The notes beneath the pieces are model-generated. The model was not told the DNA's origin. It made no database searches and saw only the letters and a list, made by a program, of their open reading frames with translations. DNA of 63,549 nt, filler included, from Octopus bimaculoides (lineage: Eukaryota): assembly GCF_001194135.2 (NCBI RefSeq). It is 7 parts of 6 records of this genome, joined end to end, with 100 filler letters (N's around TTAATTAATTAA, not from the genome) between each part and the next. Parts side by side here need not be neighbours in the genome. Positions count along the whole stretch, not along the records: positions 1 to 25,297 come from NC_068985.1; 6 more parts are not named here. The stretch is one strand, 5' to 3'. The translations under genes were made by a program, and so were the position numbers. This document shows positions 13,208-25,297 of this stretch, piece by piece. The stretch's first letter is position 1, and the number at the start of each line of letters is the position of its first letter.

Positions 13208-14090
13208 ACTGTATATGTATATATCTACGTGTGCCTTTGTGTCTATGTTCAGGCTGACCAAAGCCTTGTGAGTGGATTTGGTAGATGGAAATTGAAAGAA
13301 GCCTGTTGTGTGTATATATATATATATATATATATACCGTCATCATCATCATCATTTAACATTCATTTTCCATGCTGGCATGAGTTGGACTGTTTGACAA
13401 GAGCTGGATGTTCTTCCTAATGCCAATCACTTTACATAGTGTACTGTGTGCTTTTACTGTGTACTGTAGTCAAATGACCGAAACAGGTAAAAGATAGGAG
13501 ATACTGGTTGGATATGTGACTAACATGTTTGTTTAAGAAACAAAAGAATTATGGGAATTGAAGAGTTGAAGTGGAAATGATATTTTTAAAGATAAATTAT
13601 GAAAGTGATTGTTAATTAAGATAATTTGGTAGGAAAATTACTCAAGTGGTAAAAATACTAATATGAATTGAGAGAACAGGCTTCATGGATTTGTATCCAT
13701 TGGCATTATGAACAGAAAATAATTGATAAGAACCATGGATATAACGAGATGTTAAAACTTGGTTTGGTGCTCTCTACTGTATTCCTAGCTGTACCCTTTA
13801 CACTGGAAAAATATATAGGTGTATATCAACCATGAAGAAAATTTTTTTCATACCCGCATGGAAAATTAGGCAGTTTTATTTATCTGATGATATTTTCAAT
13901 AGGCCTTTCATTTCATTTTATACATGCTGAAGGTGTTTACAATAGCACATGCGCACACACACACACACACACACACATATACTGTGTTAGATACCATAAG
14001 AGAAACTCTAATATTGGCTTTTGGTGCAAAATGCTCTCTTGCTTATATTGCTAGTGGGGAGATAAATACCTGCCATCTCTAGTACTGAGA

Positions 14091-14137
14091 CCACCAGAAC
14101 ACATGATTTCGACCTTTTTTGGTCTCATCAATGATGG
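14091..14137 (-). ncRNA. Minimal hammerhead-like motif (C3U)
   Basis: CCATCA-TTGATGA-GACC-AAAAAA-GGTC-GAAA-TCATGTG-TTC-TGGTGG. Confidence 0.62.
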
Positions 14138-14289
14138 ATACCCAACTGCTAGAGATAGCAGCTACTCATCTCTCTGCTAGTGATATATAGGAAAACAGTG
14201 CCAGAATGCACTAGTGTTGTGATTAGTCAGTGAGCTTGTTAAAAAATATATATAAGTGACAGAGTCAGTATTAATACCGGGAGGTAATA

Positions 14290-14800
14290 TTTATTTTCCC
14301 CTATTCTGAAGTTACCATCCATTTTGAGCATTTACTGCATTTTCATGCAGCTGTTGTCATTCTTATGCATTGCATATCCATACCACCACAGTCTTCTCTC
14401 TTGTAGACTACATCCAATTCCTCTTATATACAGCTTCTCTCTCATGTTATTTGTGTTGCATCATTCATGCACACAGATATTACACATCCCATGGAGCATG
14501 CTTGCTACATTTCATTCTAGTCTTTGCAAATCTTCTGCATTCAGAACCTGGGTCTTACTACCATGTAGCATCCTCGAAACAACTCACCTCATCACCCATA
14601 GCATGCTGTCCTTCTCTTTCCCACTAATCCCTTCCTTGTCCCTTGTCTTTTCCATGCTCCCTCTTCCAGTAGTGTATACTTTATTACTCTCCCCAATATC
14701 ACTCTTTAGCAACTATCAATCTGTTCCTCTCTTTATACGGTACCCTCCTGCATCACTTCATTTAGAATCTTCACATCCTGTCTCAACTATTCTTCGGTTA
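14290..14800 (-). mobile_element. Old RTE RT C-terminal remnant
   Basis: Minus-strand translation resembles MLHGS...AEDLQRLE...RRLWWYG with many stops. The + strand ORF 14324-14803 is its antisense. Confidence 0.6.
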
Positions 14801-15101
14801 TAGAGGATCCCTTTAGGTCCTTAGTTTTGCAAGTTGCAAGGTGACTTCATTAGTGCTGGTGCCATGAGAAAGTACCCCTTACACTCTTTAAAGGTAGCTG
14901 GTGTTAGGAAGGACATCCAGCTGTAAAAAACCATGCCAAAGCAGACATTGGAATACACCATGGTCCTCTGACTTGTCAGATATTGTCAACCTGTCCAACC
15001 CATGCCTACATAGAAAACAGACATTTAATCAATTTTATCTGGTCTTGCCTTTCTGATAGAACTAAACAATTATTGTAAGAAGTTAGTTCTGTTCATCATT
15101 T

Positions 15102-15900
15102 GCATGCGTACGAACAACCATGCTACATGGCAGTGAAACATGGGCTGNNNNNNNNNNNNNNNNNNNNNNNNNNNNNNNNNNNNNNNNNNNNNNNNNNNNN
15201 NNNNNNNNNNNNNNNNNNNNNNNNNNNNNNNNNNNNNNNNNNNNNNNNNNNNNNNNNNNNNNNNNNNNNNNNNNNNNNNNNNNNNNNNNNNNNNNNNNNN
15301 NNNNNNNNNNNNNNNNNNNNNNNNNNNNNNNNNNNNNNNNNNNNNNNNNNNNNNNNNNNNNNNNNNNNNNNNNNNNNNNNNNNNNNNNNNNNNNNNNNNN
15401 NNNNNNNNNNNNNNNNNNNNNNNNNNNNNNNNNNNNNNNNNNNNNNNNNNNNNNNNNNNNNNNNNNNNNNNNNNNNNNNNNNNNNNNNNNNNNNNNNNNN
15501 NNNNNNNNNNNNNNNNNNNNNNNNNNNNNNNNNNNNNNNNNNNNNNNNNNNNNNNNNNNNNNNNNNNNNNNNNNNNNNNNNNNNNNNNNNNNNNNNNNNN
15601 NNNNNNNNNNNNNNNNNNNNNNNNNNNNNNNNNNNNNNNNNNNNNNNNNNNNNNNNNNNNNNNNNNNNNNNNNNNNNNNNNNNNNNNNNNNNNNNNNNNN
15701 NNNNNNNNNNNNNNNNNNNNNNNNNNNNNNNNNNNNNNNNNNNNNNNNNNNNNNNNNNNNNNNNNNNNNNNNNNNNNNNNNNNNNNNNNNNNNNNNNNNN
15801 NNNNNNNNNNNNNNNNNNNNNNNNNNNNNNNNNNNNNNNNNNNNNNNNNNNNNNNCATGGAAAGCGGACGTTAAACGATGATGATGATGATGATGATGAT
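15102..15900 (+). mobile_element. RTE LINE 3' end, same family as 11447-12452 in opposite orientation
   Basis: 15102-15147 is the exact reverse complement of the visible MLHGSETWA segment of the first copy; same tail catggaaagcggacgttaaac(gat)n. Confidence 0.85.
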
Positions 15901-16015
15901 TGATGCATTTAAACAATAATTCAAAGTTATTAGATCCATTTATCCTTTGTATTAACTTGTGCTTTTTGCCTAAGAAAGCACTTTTTCTGCAAAAAAAAAA
16001 ATTTTTTTCATTCAT

Positions 16016-16016
<1 letters not shown>

Positions 16017-16076
<60 letters not shown>

Positions 16077-16100
16077 TATTATTATTATTATTATTATTAT
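16017..16100. repeat. (TTA)n microsatellite just upstream of the CWH43 acceptor
   Basis: Ends 13 nt before the exon at 16114. Confidence 0.95.
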
Positions 16101-16113
16101 TTTCAATTTCTAG

Positions 16114-16426
16114 GTTACATATTCTGGTGCCTATTTCTAGCACTGGCACCAATGATTTGGTTTTATCCTCTCAACGAACTCAGTATCACTGGTTATGAAG
16201 CACTGTCATTATTGACTTTAACACCAATCATCACAGAATCAGCTTTTATATTGAAACTCCTCCAAAAACCACACATGATCATTATCCTCCGTCTATTATC
16301 TGTCGTATCATTAGCATCTTTTCAAGCTCCTGATACTCTTCTCCGTCTTCTGTTCCTCTCTTTGGGGACATCATGTGCCTTACTTGTATTTGCAATCACA
16401 TTATGGAATCCAAACTATAAAATAAG
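16114..16426 (+). CDS. CWH43: CWH43/PGAP2-interacting protein, first identified internal coding exon
   Basis: Encodes (G)YIFWCLFLALAPMIWFYPLNELSITGYEALS...SLASFQAPDTLLRLLFLSLG...LWNPNYKIR, matching the recalled N-terminal TM region of human CWH43 (LGPMIYYFPL...IASFQAPNAKLRL). Acceptor tttctag|G at 16113/16114, donor AG|gtacag at 16426/16427. Confidence 0.93.
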
Positions 16427-17196
16427 GTACAGCATTATTATTCATTTTTAATTTCAATTCTCTTTCTTTTATACATTTACTAACTTAAAAGCCACACTCT
16501 GTGCAGACTTTTAAGCTAGCTCCTGCGGAGGGCTAATTGGGTCTGCAGCCCCAAACCAAAGAGAGTGAAATAGTATGACTATAATATGTCTATAATACTA
16601 TATGCCCCCCGGTGGTGTTTGATCAGATATCTGAATGAGATTAGAGCAGATTGAGTAACTATGCATGGCATCTCCATGTTCTTCAGTATGCTTTAGCTCT
16701 CACAGCTAAGGCCACACTAGAGCACTGCCTCTAGCAATATTTATTAATCAAGATCATATTCATTTACGGTATTTGGCTCACAATTGTAAGGTTGTAAGTT
16801 TGATTCCCAGCCTCATGTTGTGTCCTTGAACAAGACTCTTTATTTTCACGTTGCTCTAGTCAACTCAGCTGTCAAAAATAGATCGTACCTGTATTACAGA
16901 GGGGCCAGCCTTGTCACCCTGAATCTCCTTGAGAACTACATTGAGGGTACATGTGTCTGTGGAGTGCTCAGCCACTGATGTTAATTTCACAAGCAGCTGT
17001 TCCAGTATTTAGATCAACTGGAACCCTCGTCATTGTAACTAACAGAGTGCCAGTTCTAAAACATATAGATATAAGAACCCTGAATTTTAAAAACAAAAAT
17101 AGGTTGTTTTTTTTCTTTTAATGTATTTCTTTAATGCCATCTTGAATTATTTGACTGAGATAATGAAATATTAATATAAATTATTTTCAATTTCAG

Positions 17197-17351
17197 ATTT
17201 TTAACGCTTTGGGGCCTTCTTCTTGGGTTCTTGCTATTTCTTGTCAGCCGAATCTGGTTTCTTAGCTTTGTACCTGCATGGTGGACCCAAACAACTAATA
17301 CCATTATCATTTCAATTGCACTTGGGGTGAATATTGATCACATCATTTCAG
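17197..17351 (+). CDS. CWH43: CWH43/PGAP2IP coding exon
   Basis: tttcag| acceptor and G|gtatgt donor. Phase 2 continues the previous exon: R-FLTLWGLLLGFLLFLVSRIWFLSFVPAW...NIDHIIS, compared with recalled human RYLRIWGFILG...RIWYTSLNPIW. Confidence 0.92.
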
Positions 17352-17486
17352 GTATGTCATATTTCAACTTATTACCTTGATTTCTTAACGCATTTTTTCC
17401 TTCTGCAACATATTACAAGTTGCCAGTTGTTGAAAATGTTCATCTTTATCAGACCATTCAAGTTAAGACAAACTATTTTTATATAT

Positions 17487-17815
17487 ATGACTGTGTTGTA
17501 AGAAGTTTGCTTCCCAACCACATGGCTTTAGGTTCAGTCCCACTGTGTGGCATGTCAGGCAAGTGTCTTCTACTACAGCTTTGGGCTAACCAAAACCTTG
17601 TGAGTGGATTTGGTAGATGGAACCTGTGTGTAACTTTGTGTTTGTGTCCCACCACTGTTTGACAACTGGTGTTGGTGTGTTTACATCCCTTTAGTGGTTT
17701 AGCAAAAAGAGACTGGTAGAGTAAGTACCAGGTTTAAAAAGTATTAAATACTGGGGTCAATTCATTTGACTAAAAATTCTTCAAGATGGTGCCCCAGCAT
17801 AGCCTAAAAGATAAG
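17487..17815 (+). mobile_element. CORE-like SINE family B, long form
   Basis: Head, core and 3' ttgacaactggtgttggtgtgtttac...ggtgccccagcat. Confidence 0.72.
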
Positions 17816-19286
17816 GTTGGTGCTAATATGCTTAATGTAGAGGGCCAAAAAATTTTAATGAATTAAAATTCTACTTGTAATAAGAGTAAGAGTTAGTACC
17901 TTAATGACTAATTCTTGCCACCAATGACAGGAGAGACAAATCCAATGATATCGTCGTTGTCATCACCTAACATCTGTTTTCCATGCCGTCATGGGTTGCA
18001 TAGTTTGACAGGATTCAGCAAGCGCCAATGTCAGTTTTGGCATAGTTTCAACACCTGGATGCTCGTCCTATTGCCAATTACATGACTGTGTACCGGGTGC
18101 TTTTTTTTTCATGTTACCAGCACTAGGGAAGTCACTAAAAGTCTAGCAAGACAAGACATGAACAGAATAGGAAAAAGCCCCTCTAACCAAGTCTGGAGTT
18201 GGTGTTAGTATTTGAGATGGGGAGGTGATTTTATGTTTCATTTTGAGAGGCTAAACTATGACAGAGGGACAAACAGACAGAAAGATAAATGGCTATCTTG
18301 CATTATATAAAAGTGGGTGGGAATAGCTGAGAAGATAAAGGTAGTTGTAATGGGGTGCCAAATTTAAAACTGGAATATGAACAATGAAACAGAGTATGAG
18401 TCTGATCTTGGCAATATGGTGAAAACTCTGTATTTTAGATCTTGAACCTTCTCAGTTAAGCATTGTCAAAGATGACCTCGCAGGATTGATTGTTAAATTA
18501 ATGATTCTATCTCCTCACAATAAGTCTTAGCTCACTACATTAATTCTATTAACACTGGCAGAGCATGTCACTGAGTATTTTTGTCTAGTCTTTCTTGACA
18601 TTGCCTCCCTTGTTTTTTTCACTAATGCATTCAATTTTTGATGTATTAATTTTCCTGAATATTCCCTTTCTTGTTCATTATTGTTGCTAAAGAGGCAGAA
18701 ATTTTGTTCTGTCTTTAAATTTTCAATATTATTGCAGTTTGTTATTAGTTTATTTTACTTAATTATTAATATGTTTTTGGTAATTTTTCTGAAGTAGCTA
18801 AGAATTGACTAAATATCTTAACAGTGTGTGTGTGTGCATGCATATACACAAACGTACACACATACACATGCACACATACTCACACACGCACACTGAAATG
18901 ACTTTGGTCAAAAGTTTAACTTCCCAATCATATGGTTTTGGGTTTAGTCCCCTTACATGAAACCTTAGCTAAGTCTTCTATTATAGCCCCAGGCCAACCA
19001 AAGCCTTGTTAATGTACATTTGTATCTCCTGGTTTTCTATATTGCTCAACAGTTATAAACTAATAAAAAAAGTTGTGAACTATCATACAAGTTGTGGCCT
19101 TTGTTTTCAGTCTTATATGAAAACAGATTCAGACATGGGAAAATATTACTTTTCTTGGAAACATGTGGGTTGGTGGCAAGAAGGACATCTGGCTGTTGAA
19201 AATTTGCCTCAATGAATTCCATTTGACTCATGCAAGTATAGAAAAGTAGATATTAAAATGATGATGATGATAATGATGTTGATACA

Positions 19287-19464
19287 CCATATTTTAATGT
19301 GTATAAGGAACTATTTTTTGTCAAAAATTAGGTTAAAAAAAAAAATGGGAGTTATATATGGATAGTATTATAATCCCTTACAAAACCTTCTTTACCAAAT
19401 TTTAAGCCCTGAAAATTAGGGGGCTCCTTATACACGAGAGCTCCTTATACATTTTAAAATATGG
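19287..19464. mobile_element. About 180-bp pogo/Tc2-like MITE, copy 1
   Basis: TIRs CCATATTTTAA-GTGTATAAGG / CCTTATACA-TTTAAAATATGG, TA at the right end. Confidence 0.75.
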
Positions 19465-19547
19465 TATATATGCTTTATTTCATGTTCATTTATTATACTG
19501 ATTATATTTTCCCTTTTTTCTTCCTTTTCATTATTTTTATATTTTAG

Positions 19548-19962
19548 ATTTAACTGTTGAAATAAATTCTGCAAAAGCATCTTTAAACACAAACAGTAAC
19601 TATAAATTAGATGAACAGAATAACTTGCCACATGACGGTGAAACAAATAACAGCATACGAAATGTTTCAACTGAAAATAATACACTAACTGATGTGCCTA
19701 ATAAAACAACGAAAATTCAAAGTTGCGAAGAAGAAACACAGGAAAATTCTGAAGTTTCTACTCCAGTTACTAATGGTCTCACTTCTAATTCAAATAATGT
19801 CCACATTAGTCAAGCTTCCTTCTCATCATCATTTCTACTCATTGGCATTGGTTTTGGTAGTCTTATATTCTTAACAGGTTGGACATTTGGTGAAGTGTCT
19901 TTGATATGTCGGTGGGTTGTTGAGGGTTATCCACTTCATGGTCCTTTACCACAATTTTGGGG
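19548..19962 (+). CDS. CWH43: CWH43/PGAP2IP coding exon with expanded N/S/T-rich linker
   Basis: ttttag| acceptor and GG|gtaagt donor, phase 1 in. Ends GIGFGSLIFLTGWTFGEVSLICRWVVEGYPLHGPLPQFWG, compared with recalled human [34 protein letters not shown]. Confidence 0.95.
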
Positions 19963-20543
19963 GTAAGTCTCTTAACATTTCTCTCTACTGAATGACTTTG
20001 GCTTAGTAAATAAACCAATATTTGGATCGATCAGTTGTTTTTCCTTTTAACTACTGAGCAAGCAATCTAGTATATTCAAAATAACATATAAAAGGATGCT
20101 AGCTACAAATACATATTTGTGTGTGTGGTATATATGTTTCTTTCAAAATCAGTGGACATAAAGTTTTTAATGTTTTTGACTGGCACGTAAAAAGCATCAT
20201 TCGAGTGTGGTTGATGCCAATGTCGCCTGACTGGCACCTGTACCAAGTTATTTATAATAAGTGGTATTATATTGTGGTTGAAAGAATGATGTGTACAATA
20301 TTAAATATGTTAAGACAATCTGAAAACAATAAAAACTTTTAAATGTTTATCTGTTTTTATGAAATTTTGGGGTTAACAGACTTGAGTTAATGGAAGCTAA
20401 ATGTAACAGAAGTTAATTAGCCCGATAATGATTATCAAAGTTAACTTGAAAGTTAAATCGTTAATGAAAATATTAACTTCATTAATTAACAGATTAACGG
20501 ACTTATGCCCAGCTCTGTGTGTGTGTATGTATGTATGTATGTA

Positions 20544-20721
20544 CCATATTTTAAAGTGTACAAAGGACCCTTTTTTTGTCAAAAATTAGGTTAAAAAAAT
20601 GTGTGTTGCTTATACATGGATAGCATTATAATCCCTTACAAAACCTTTTTTCCAAATTTTAAGCCCCAAAAATTAGAGGGTTCCTTATACAGGAGAGTTC
20701 CTTATACACGTTAAAATATGG
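20544..20721. mobile_element. About 180-bp pogo/Tc2-like MITE, copy 2
   Basis: Same internal sequence and TIRs as copy 1, TA on both sides. Confidence 0.78.
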
Positions 20722-20759
20722 TATTAGACACAGAAGTCTGGTGGGGTCTCCTGCCTGGC

Positions 20760-20837
20760 CAGCTCCTGTCAAATTGTCCAGCTCCTGTCAAACTGTCCAG
20801 CTCCTGTCAAACTGTCCAGCTCTTGTCAAACTGTCCA
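20760..20837 (+). repeat. 19-bp minisatellite x4 inside an RTE-type 3' tail
   Basis: CAGCTCCTGTCAAACTGTC repeated four times with small variants. Confidence 0.8.
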
Positions 20838-21129
20838 GCCAATGCCAGCATGGAAAGAGGACATTAAATGATGGTGATGTATGTGTGTATGTATACCATC
20901 ATCTTCGTCATTGTCATATAACATCTGTTGTCCATGGGTTGGACAGTTTGACCAGGGCTGGTAATCTGAGGGGCTGCATCAGACTCCAGTCTGATTTGCC
21001 ATGGTTTCTATAGCTGGATGTCCTTCCTCACACCAACCATTCTGAAAGTGTAATGGGTGCTTTTACATGTCACTGGCATTGTACATCCAGCGAAGCATAC
21101 TAGCTGGAAGTTCCTATGAGACAACTTAA

Positions 21130-21685
21130 TGAGAGTCACAGACCAAATTTGTGGATGATGCAAAGTCCCAACACGACCTATAGTGAGATGGTGGTGAAAC
21201 AATGTAGTTGACAAGACCATTAGAGCAAAGAAACAGGCTTGGAAGAACTGGAAGGGTAGTGGTAGCAAGGAGTTATACCAGGCAGCTAGAAGGGAAGCTA
21301 GGAAGCAGGTATACTTAGCCAGGGATGAAGCAGAAAGGGAGAAGTTCATCAATGTTCTGCAGCATGAAGACCAGTGGCTTGAAGTGTTTCAACTTGCAAG
21401 ACAAGTGTGCCAAGGAAAATTGTGATGCGGGAGAGAAGTGTGTTTGCATGGATGATGGTTCACTTGCAGATAGTGACTCTACAAAGAAAGACGCTTGAAA
21501 GTGCCACTATGAAAGGTTACTAAATGTAGAGAACTCATGGGAGAAGGAGAGTCTGCCTGATGTTGATCCAACAGAGGGACCAGCAATCTGAATAGACAGT
21601 AGCATTGTAGACAATGTGATGAAGATGGGGAAAGCCCCTGGCCCCTCAGGAATAACTACTGAGATACTTAAATTAAGTAAAACAT
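21130..21685 (+). mobile_element. RTE LINE internal (EN-RT linker) remnant
   Basis: WWWNNVVDKTIRAKKQAWK...ARREARKQVY...ERLLNVEN...MGKAPGPSGI, with stops. Confidence 0.75.
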
Positions 21686-22008
21686 TGTTCTATGATTGGT
21701 TGGATTCTGTCAAAACTTCCAGCCCACATTAGCATGGAAAATAGTCATAAAAATGATGTGTACATGTATGTGTGTGTGGTGTATAGTATGGTAGTTGGAA
21801 AACTGATTGTCCATAAAACTGACTAAACCAGTTGCTAAATTCTATTGTTCATTGCAAACTAAGAGAATTTAAAACTTTCTTTTTCTGCAGTGGACAGTTT
21901 ATATAACCTTATCAACATTTTAAGTTAAATTCAAGTTTGAAAATATGTTATAGATTTTTTAAATTTCATTATTTTATTAACTATTCTCTCTTTATTTAAT
22001 TTTTTCAG

Positions 22009-22145
22009 GTGTCCAGTTCTTTTGTTACTTGGAGTTGGTGTCTGCTTGTCCAGGCAGCATTTTACGAAACACTTTGCCTGGTGGCTTTTGGGTGTATTGA
22101 GTCTTTTTCTACTTTATTATTTAAAGACATGGGTAGCCTATGCAA
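22009..22145 (+). CDS. CWH43: CWH43/PGAP2IP coding exon (last one found)
   Basis: tttttcag| acceptor and A|gtaagt donor, phase 2 in. Encodes GCPVLLLLGVGVCLSRQHFTKHFAWWLLGVLSLFLLYYLKTWVAYA, similar to human WWVTG...LLYLHTW. The four exons total 1020 nt in one open frame. Confidence 0.9.
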
Positions 22146-22420
22146 GTAAGTGTAACTTTGTAAATAATGAAGTATTATACACACACACACAGACACACAC
22201 ACATTTGAAAAGCAGGTGAGGGTTGTTGACAAGAAGTGCATTCAGCTATAAAAACCCTACCTCAAATTTAGTTCTTCTTAAGTCACACTAGCAGCATGGA
22301 AAGAAAATGATATGTTAAATGAAAGAAATATATTTTTGGAGGGTGGAAATAAGCATTAAAAATTTGAGTGTGTTTACAATGTGGTTAGGCAATTATGTAT
22401 TGGATTTAGTGGTTGAGAAA

Positions 22421-22770
22421 CTTGGCTGTGTGGTTAAGAAGCTCATTTTGCTAGCACATGGATTTGGGTTCAGTCCCACCGTGCAGCACCTTGGGCAAAT
22501 GTCATCTACTCTAGCTCTGGACAGGCCAATATCTTATGAATGAATTTGGTAGATGGAAACTCTATAGAAGCCTGTCATGTGTGTGTGTATGTCTTTGTGT
22601 CTGTTTATCCCCTCTCCACTAATAGACAACCAATGTTGTTTTATTTACACCCCCATAATTTAGTGGTTCAACAAAAGAAACCAATGGGGTTGATTTGTTC
22701 AACTCAAACCCTTCAAGGCAGTGCTCCTGCATGGCTGCAGTCCAATGACTGAAATAAATAAAAGATAAAT
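22421..22770 (+). mobile_element. CORE-like SINE family B, long form
   Basis: Head ggctgtgtggttaagaag, core gcaccttgggcaaatgtc, 3' ggcagtgctcctgcatggctgcagtc. Confidence 0.72.
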
Positions 22771-23392
22771 GATACAACAATCCAAGTCGATGCAGTGATA
22801 GACTTCTACGGGAGGATTCAGTGGCTTTTATTCCACTGAGAACAATACTGCTAATACTCTTAACTTCCCATGACTGACCTCATCAAGCTGTAAATAGTTG
22901 CTGTAGCTAATATCATCATCATCATCATCATCATCATCAATGAAAGAGTCCCAAAGAAATTAAAGTTGATTCACAATCAAAGGTAGTAACTATTTAATTA
23001 TTTATAGCTAACAGGCAACATTTGCATGCATACGCACACACACACATATGCATGACTGGCTTCCTATAGTTTCTGCCAACCACATTCACTGAATTCAATC
23101 TCAAGGCATTGATCAACCAAGAGCTATGGTAGAAGTCATTTGTCCAAACTGCTGTTGGAATGAATCTAAAACAATTTGGTTACAACGTGTAGCATGCATA
23201 TTGGTGCAGACATGTAAAATAAATTAATTTTGTAATGAAATTCTTGCATGATGAAGGCTGTGAAACAACTGAACTGTAATCATATGGATATCAAGTGATT
23301 AAATAAATATATTCACCTCTCATACCTCCTGACTTTTTTGGCAATTTTTTTTCCTCTGTCTTCCTTTTCTTTTGGACTTTCCTCCGTCTCCT

Positions 23393-23427
23393 GTTTCTGA
23401 TGAAGAGCTTTGCTCAAAACATAAAAC
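23393..23427 (+). ncRNA. Degenerate minimal (dimer-type) hammerhead
   Basis: GTTT-CTGATGA-A-GAGC-TTT-GCTC-[A]AAAC-[A]TA-AAAC; two CG>CA changes relative to GAAAC-GTA. Confidence 0.65.
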
Positions 23428-23533
23428 TACTTTTCTTTCCTTCCCTGAGCATCTGCTAATACTTTGCATGTACTACATCCTTGTGCTGTTGTTTTTTCTT
23501 GTGTTTTTCTTCATTTTTTTTTGGGGGGGGGGA

Positions 23534-23616
<83 letters not shown>

Positions 23617-24906
23617 TGTTCCGACTGGAGCCTGGTACAGGTCTCTGGCTTATCAGTTCCAGTCAAACCGTCTAACCCATGCCACCATGGAAAACAGATG
23701 CAAAATGATGATATATATATATATTTATGTGTATATATCATGCAACCACGGTAGTCCACCATTTCGTCAATCACAGCAGCTTCCAAGCTTCACCACTAAT
23801 TCAGTTCTCAACTAAATTGCAAACTGTTAACAGTTTTAAAGAGGACACCTCCTCAGCTACACTTTGGCATAAATAGTTTGAGATTTGGTTCAGTAGAAAA
23901 AAACATTACATCAAAATATCTGCGACCTCAAGGGGGTAAGTAAGGCACCTATTCACCTTCAATTAACATAAACTTTTTAATTTTAAGATAAAAGTATACT
24001 TTTCTTAGGCTTAAATGATAGAAAAATGTATGAGGAATTCAGAGTTGTTAGTTGCATTGAACAAAAATTAGTAGAAGAAAAGTTATGGGGTGAAATGCCA
24101 CAAAATTTCATGTCGGTAAGTAAGAGAGTAAGGGAGTAACACTTCAGCTATAAGAATTAAAGAATATATTTCTAAAATGAATTTTTACTTTCTAAGGTGC
24201 CGGGTGAAATGCTTAACGGTATTTCGTCTGTCTTTATGTTTTTAAGTTCAAATTTTGCCGAGGTTGACTTAGACATACAGATTATTCAATTAATTTTTTT
24301 TTAACTAAACACTTTCAAACTTCCGATACTGGTAGAATATGTTACATAGAACAGGGTTTATTCTTAACATTTTTGACAAAATTTTTGCATTTAGAAGTGG
24401 TATTTTGTTTGTCTTTACGTTCTGAGTTCAAATTCCGCCAAGGTCCACTTTGCCTTTCAAACTTACGATACTGGTAAAATGTGTTACATACAAGGTTTAC
24501 TCTTCACATTTTTGACAAAATTTTGTAGTTTAAAAGTTATTTCGTCAGAAGTTACAGAATGACAATGGACAAATTCATGTTTGATAAGTGCCAATACACA
24601 AAACTCTCAGCTTTTGACTTACTCTCTAACTTCTGCCGATGATATATACACATATTACATATACGTGTAAAAAAATCTCATTATGCAATTGAACCAATGA
24701 AAGAGCCTCTACCTGGTCGCTTGACACTCTAAAAATAGCAGCCAATGTATCCCCCTACCCAGTATTTTATAACGTAAAATCTAAATTATTAAACAAGACA
24801 TTATTAATTATCTTATAACGGCAATGCCTGGAAAAATCATGGATTGCATGGAAAAATGCGAGCATGAAAAGTAATATTCTTAAGATTATAAACCTGGAAA
24901 ATTACA

Positions 24907-25297
24907 GGACAAGTTATTACACCTGTAATAGTGTAGGATAAACTATTACTTCAAGTAAAGTAAAGAATAAGAAACTTTTTACTTAAAATATTGCAGCTAA
25001 AATTAAAATTTGAATATTAAAATATATTTTATTATAGCTTACAAATAACACTATTTATTTAAGTAGAATTTGGCTACTTTACTACCTTAAATACAGAAAA
25101 AAGTGACTAATTAGATGAACTTACAAATTAGCTGAACAGTTTTGTGCAATAAATTTAAAAGATGGGAACTGTAAAGAGTGATAAATTAGAAGAACTGGCA
25201 TTCTTTGCTGCAATATTTTAAGTAAAGAGTTTCTTATTTTTTATTTAACTTGAAGTAATTATTTGTCCTATACTTTTCCAGGTATAGTAACTTGTCC
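24907..25297. mobile_element. MITE/foldback element with about 90-bp imperfect TIRs, cut by the scaffold end
   Basis: 24907-24997 (ggacaagtt...aatattgcagc) is the imperfect reverse complement of 25207-25297. Confidence 0.65.

Noticed and set aside
13663-13834. Short hydrophobic frame (MLKLGLVLSTVFLAVPF) as CWH43 exon 1
   Set aside because: No similarity to CWH43 and only a weak donor.
14324-14803. 159-aa + strand ORF
   Set aside because: Antisense of a decayed RTE remnant.
25282-25297. ttttccag| acceptor as the next CWH43 exon
   Set aside because: Lies within the TIR of the 24907-25297 element.
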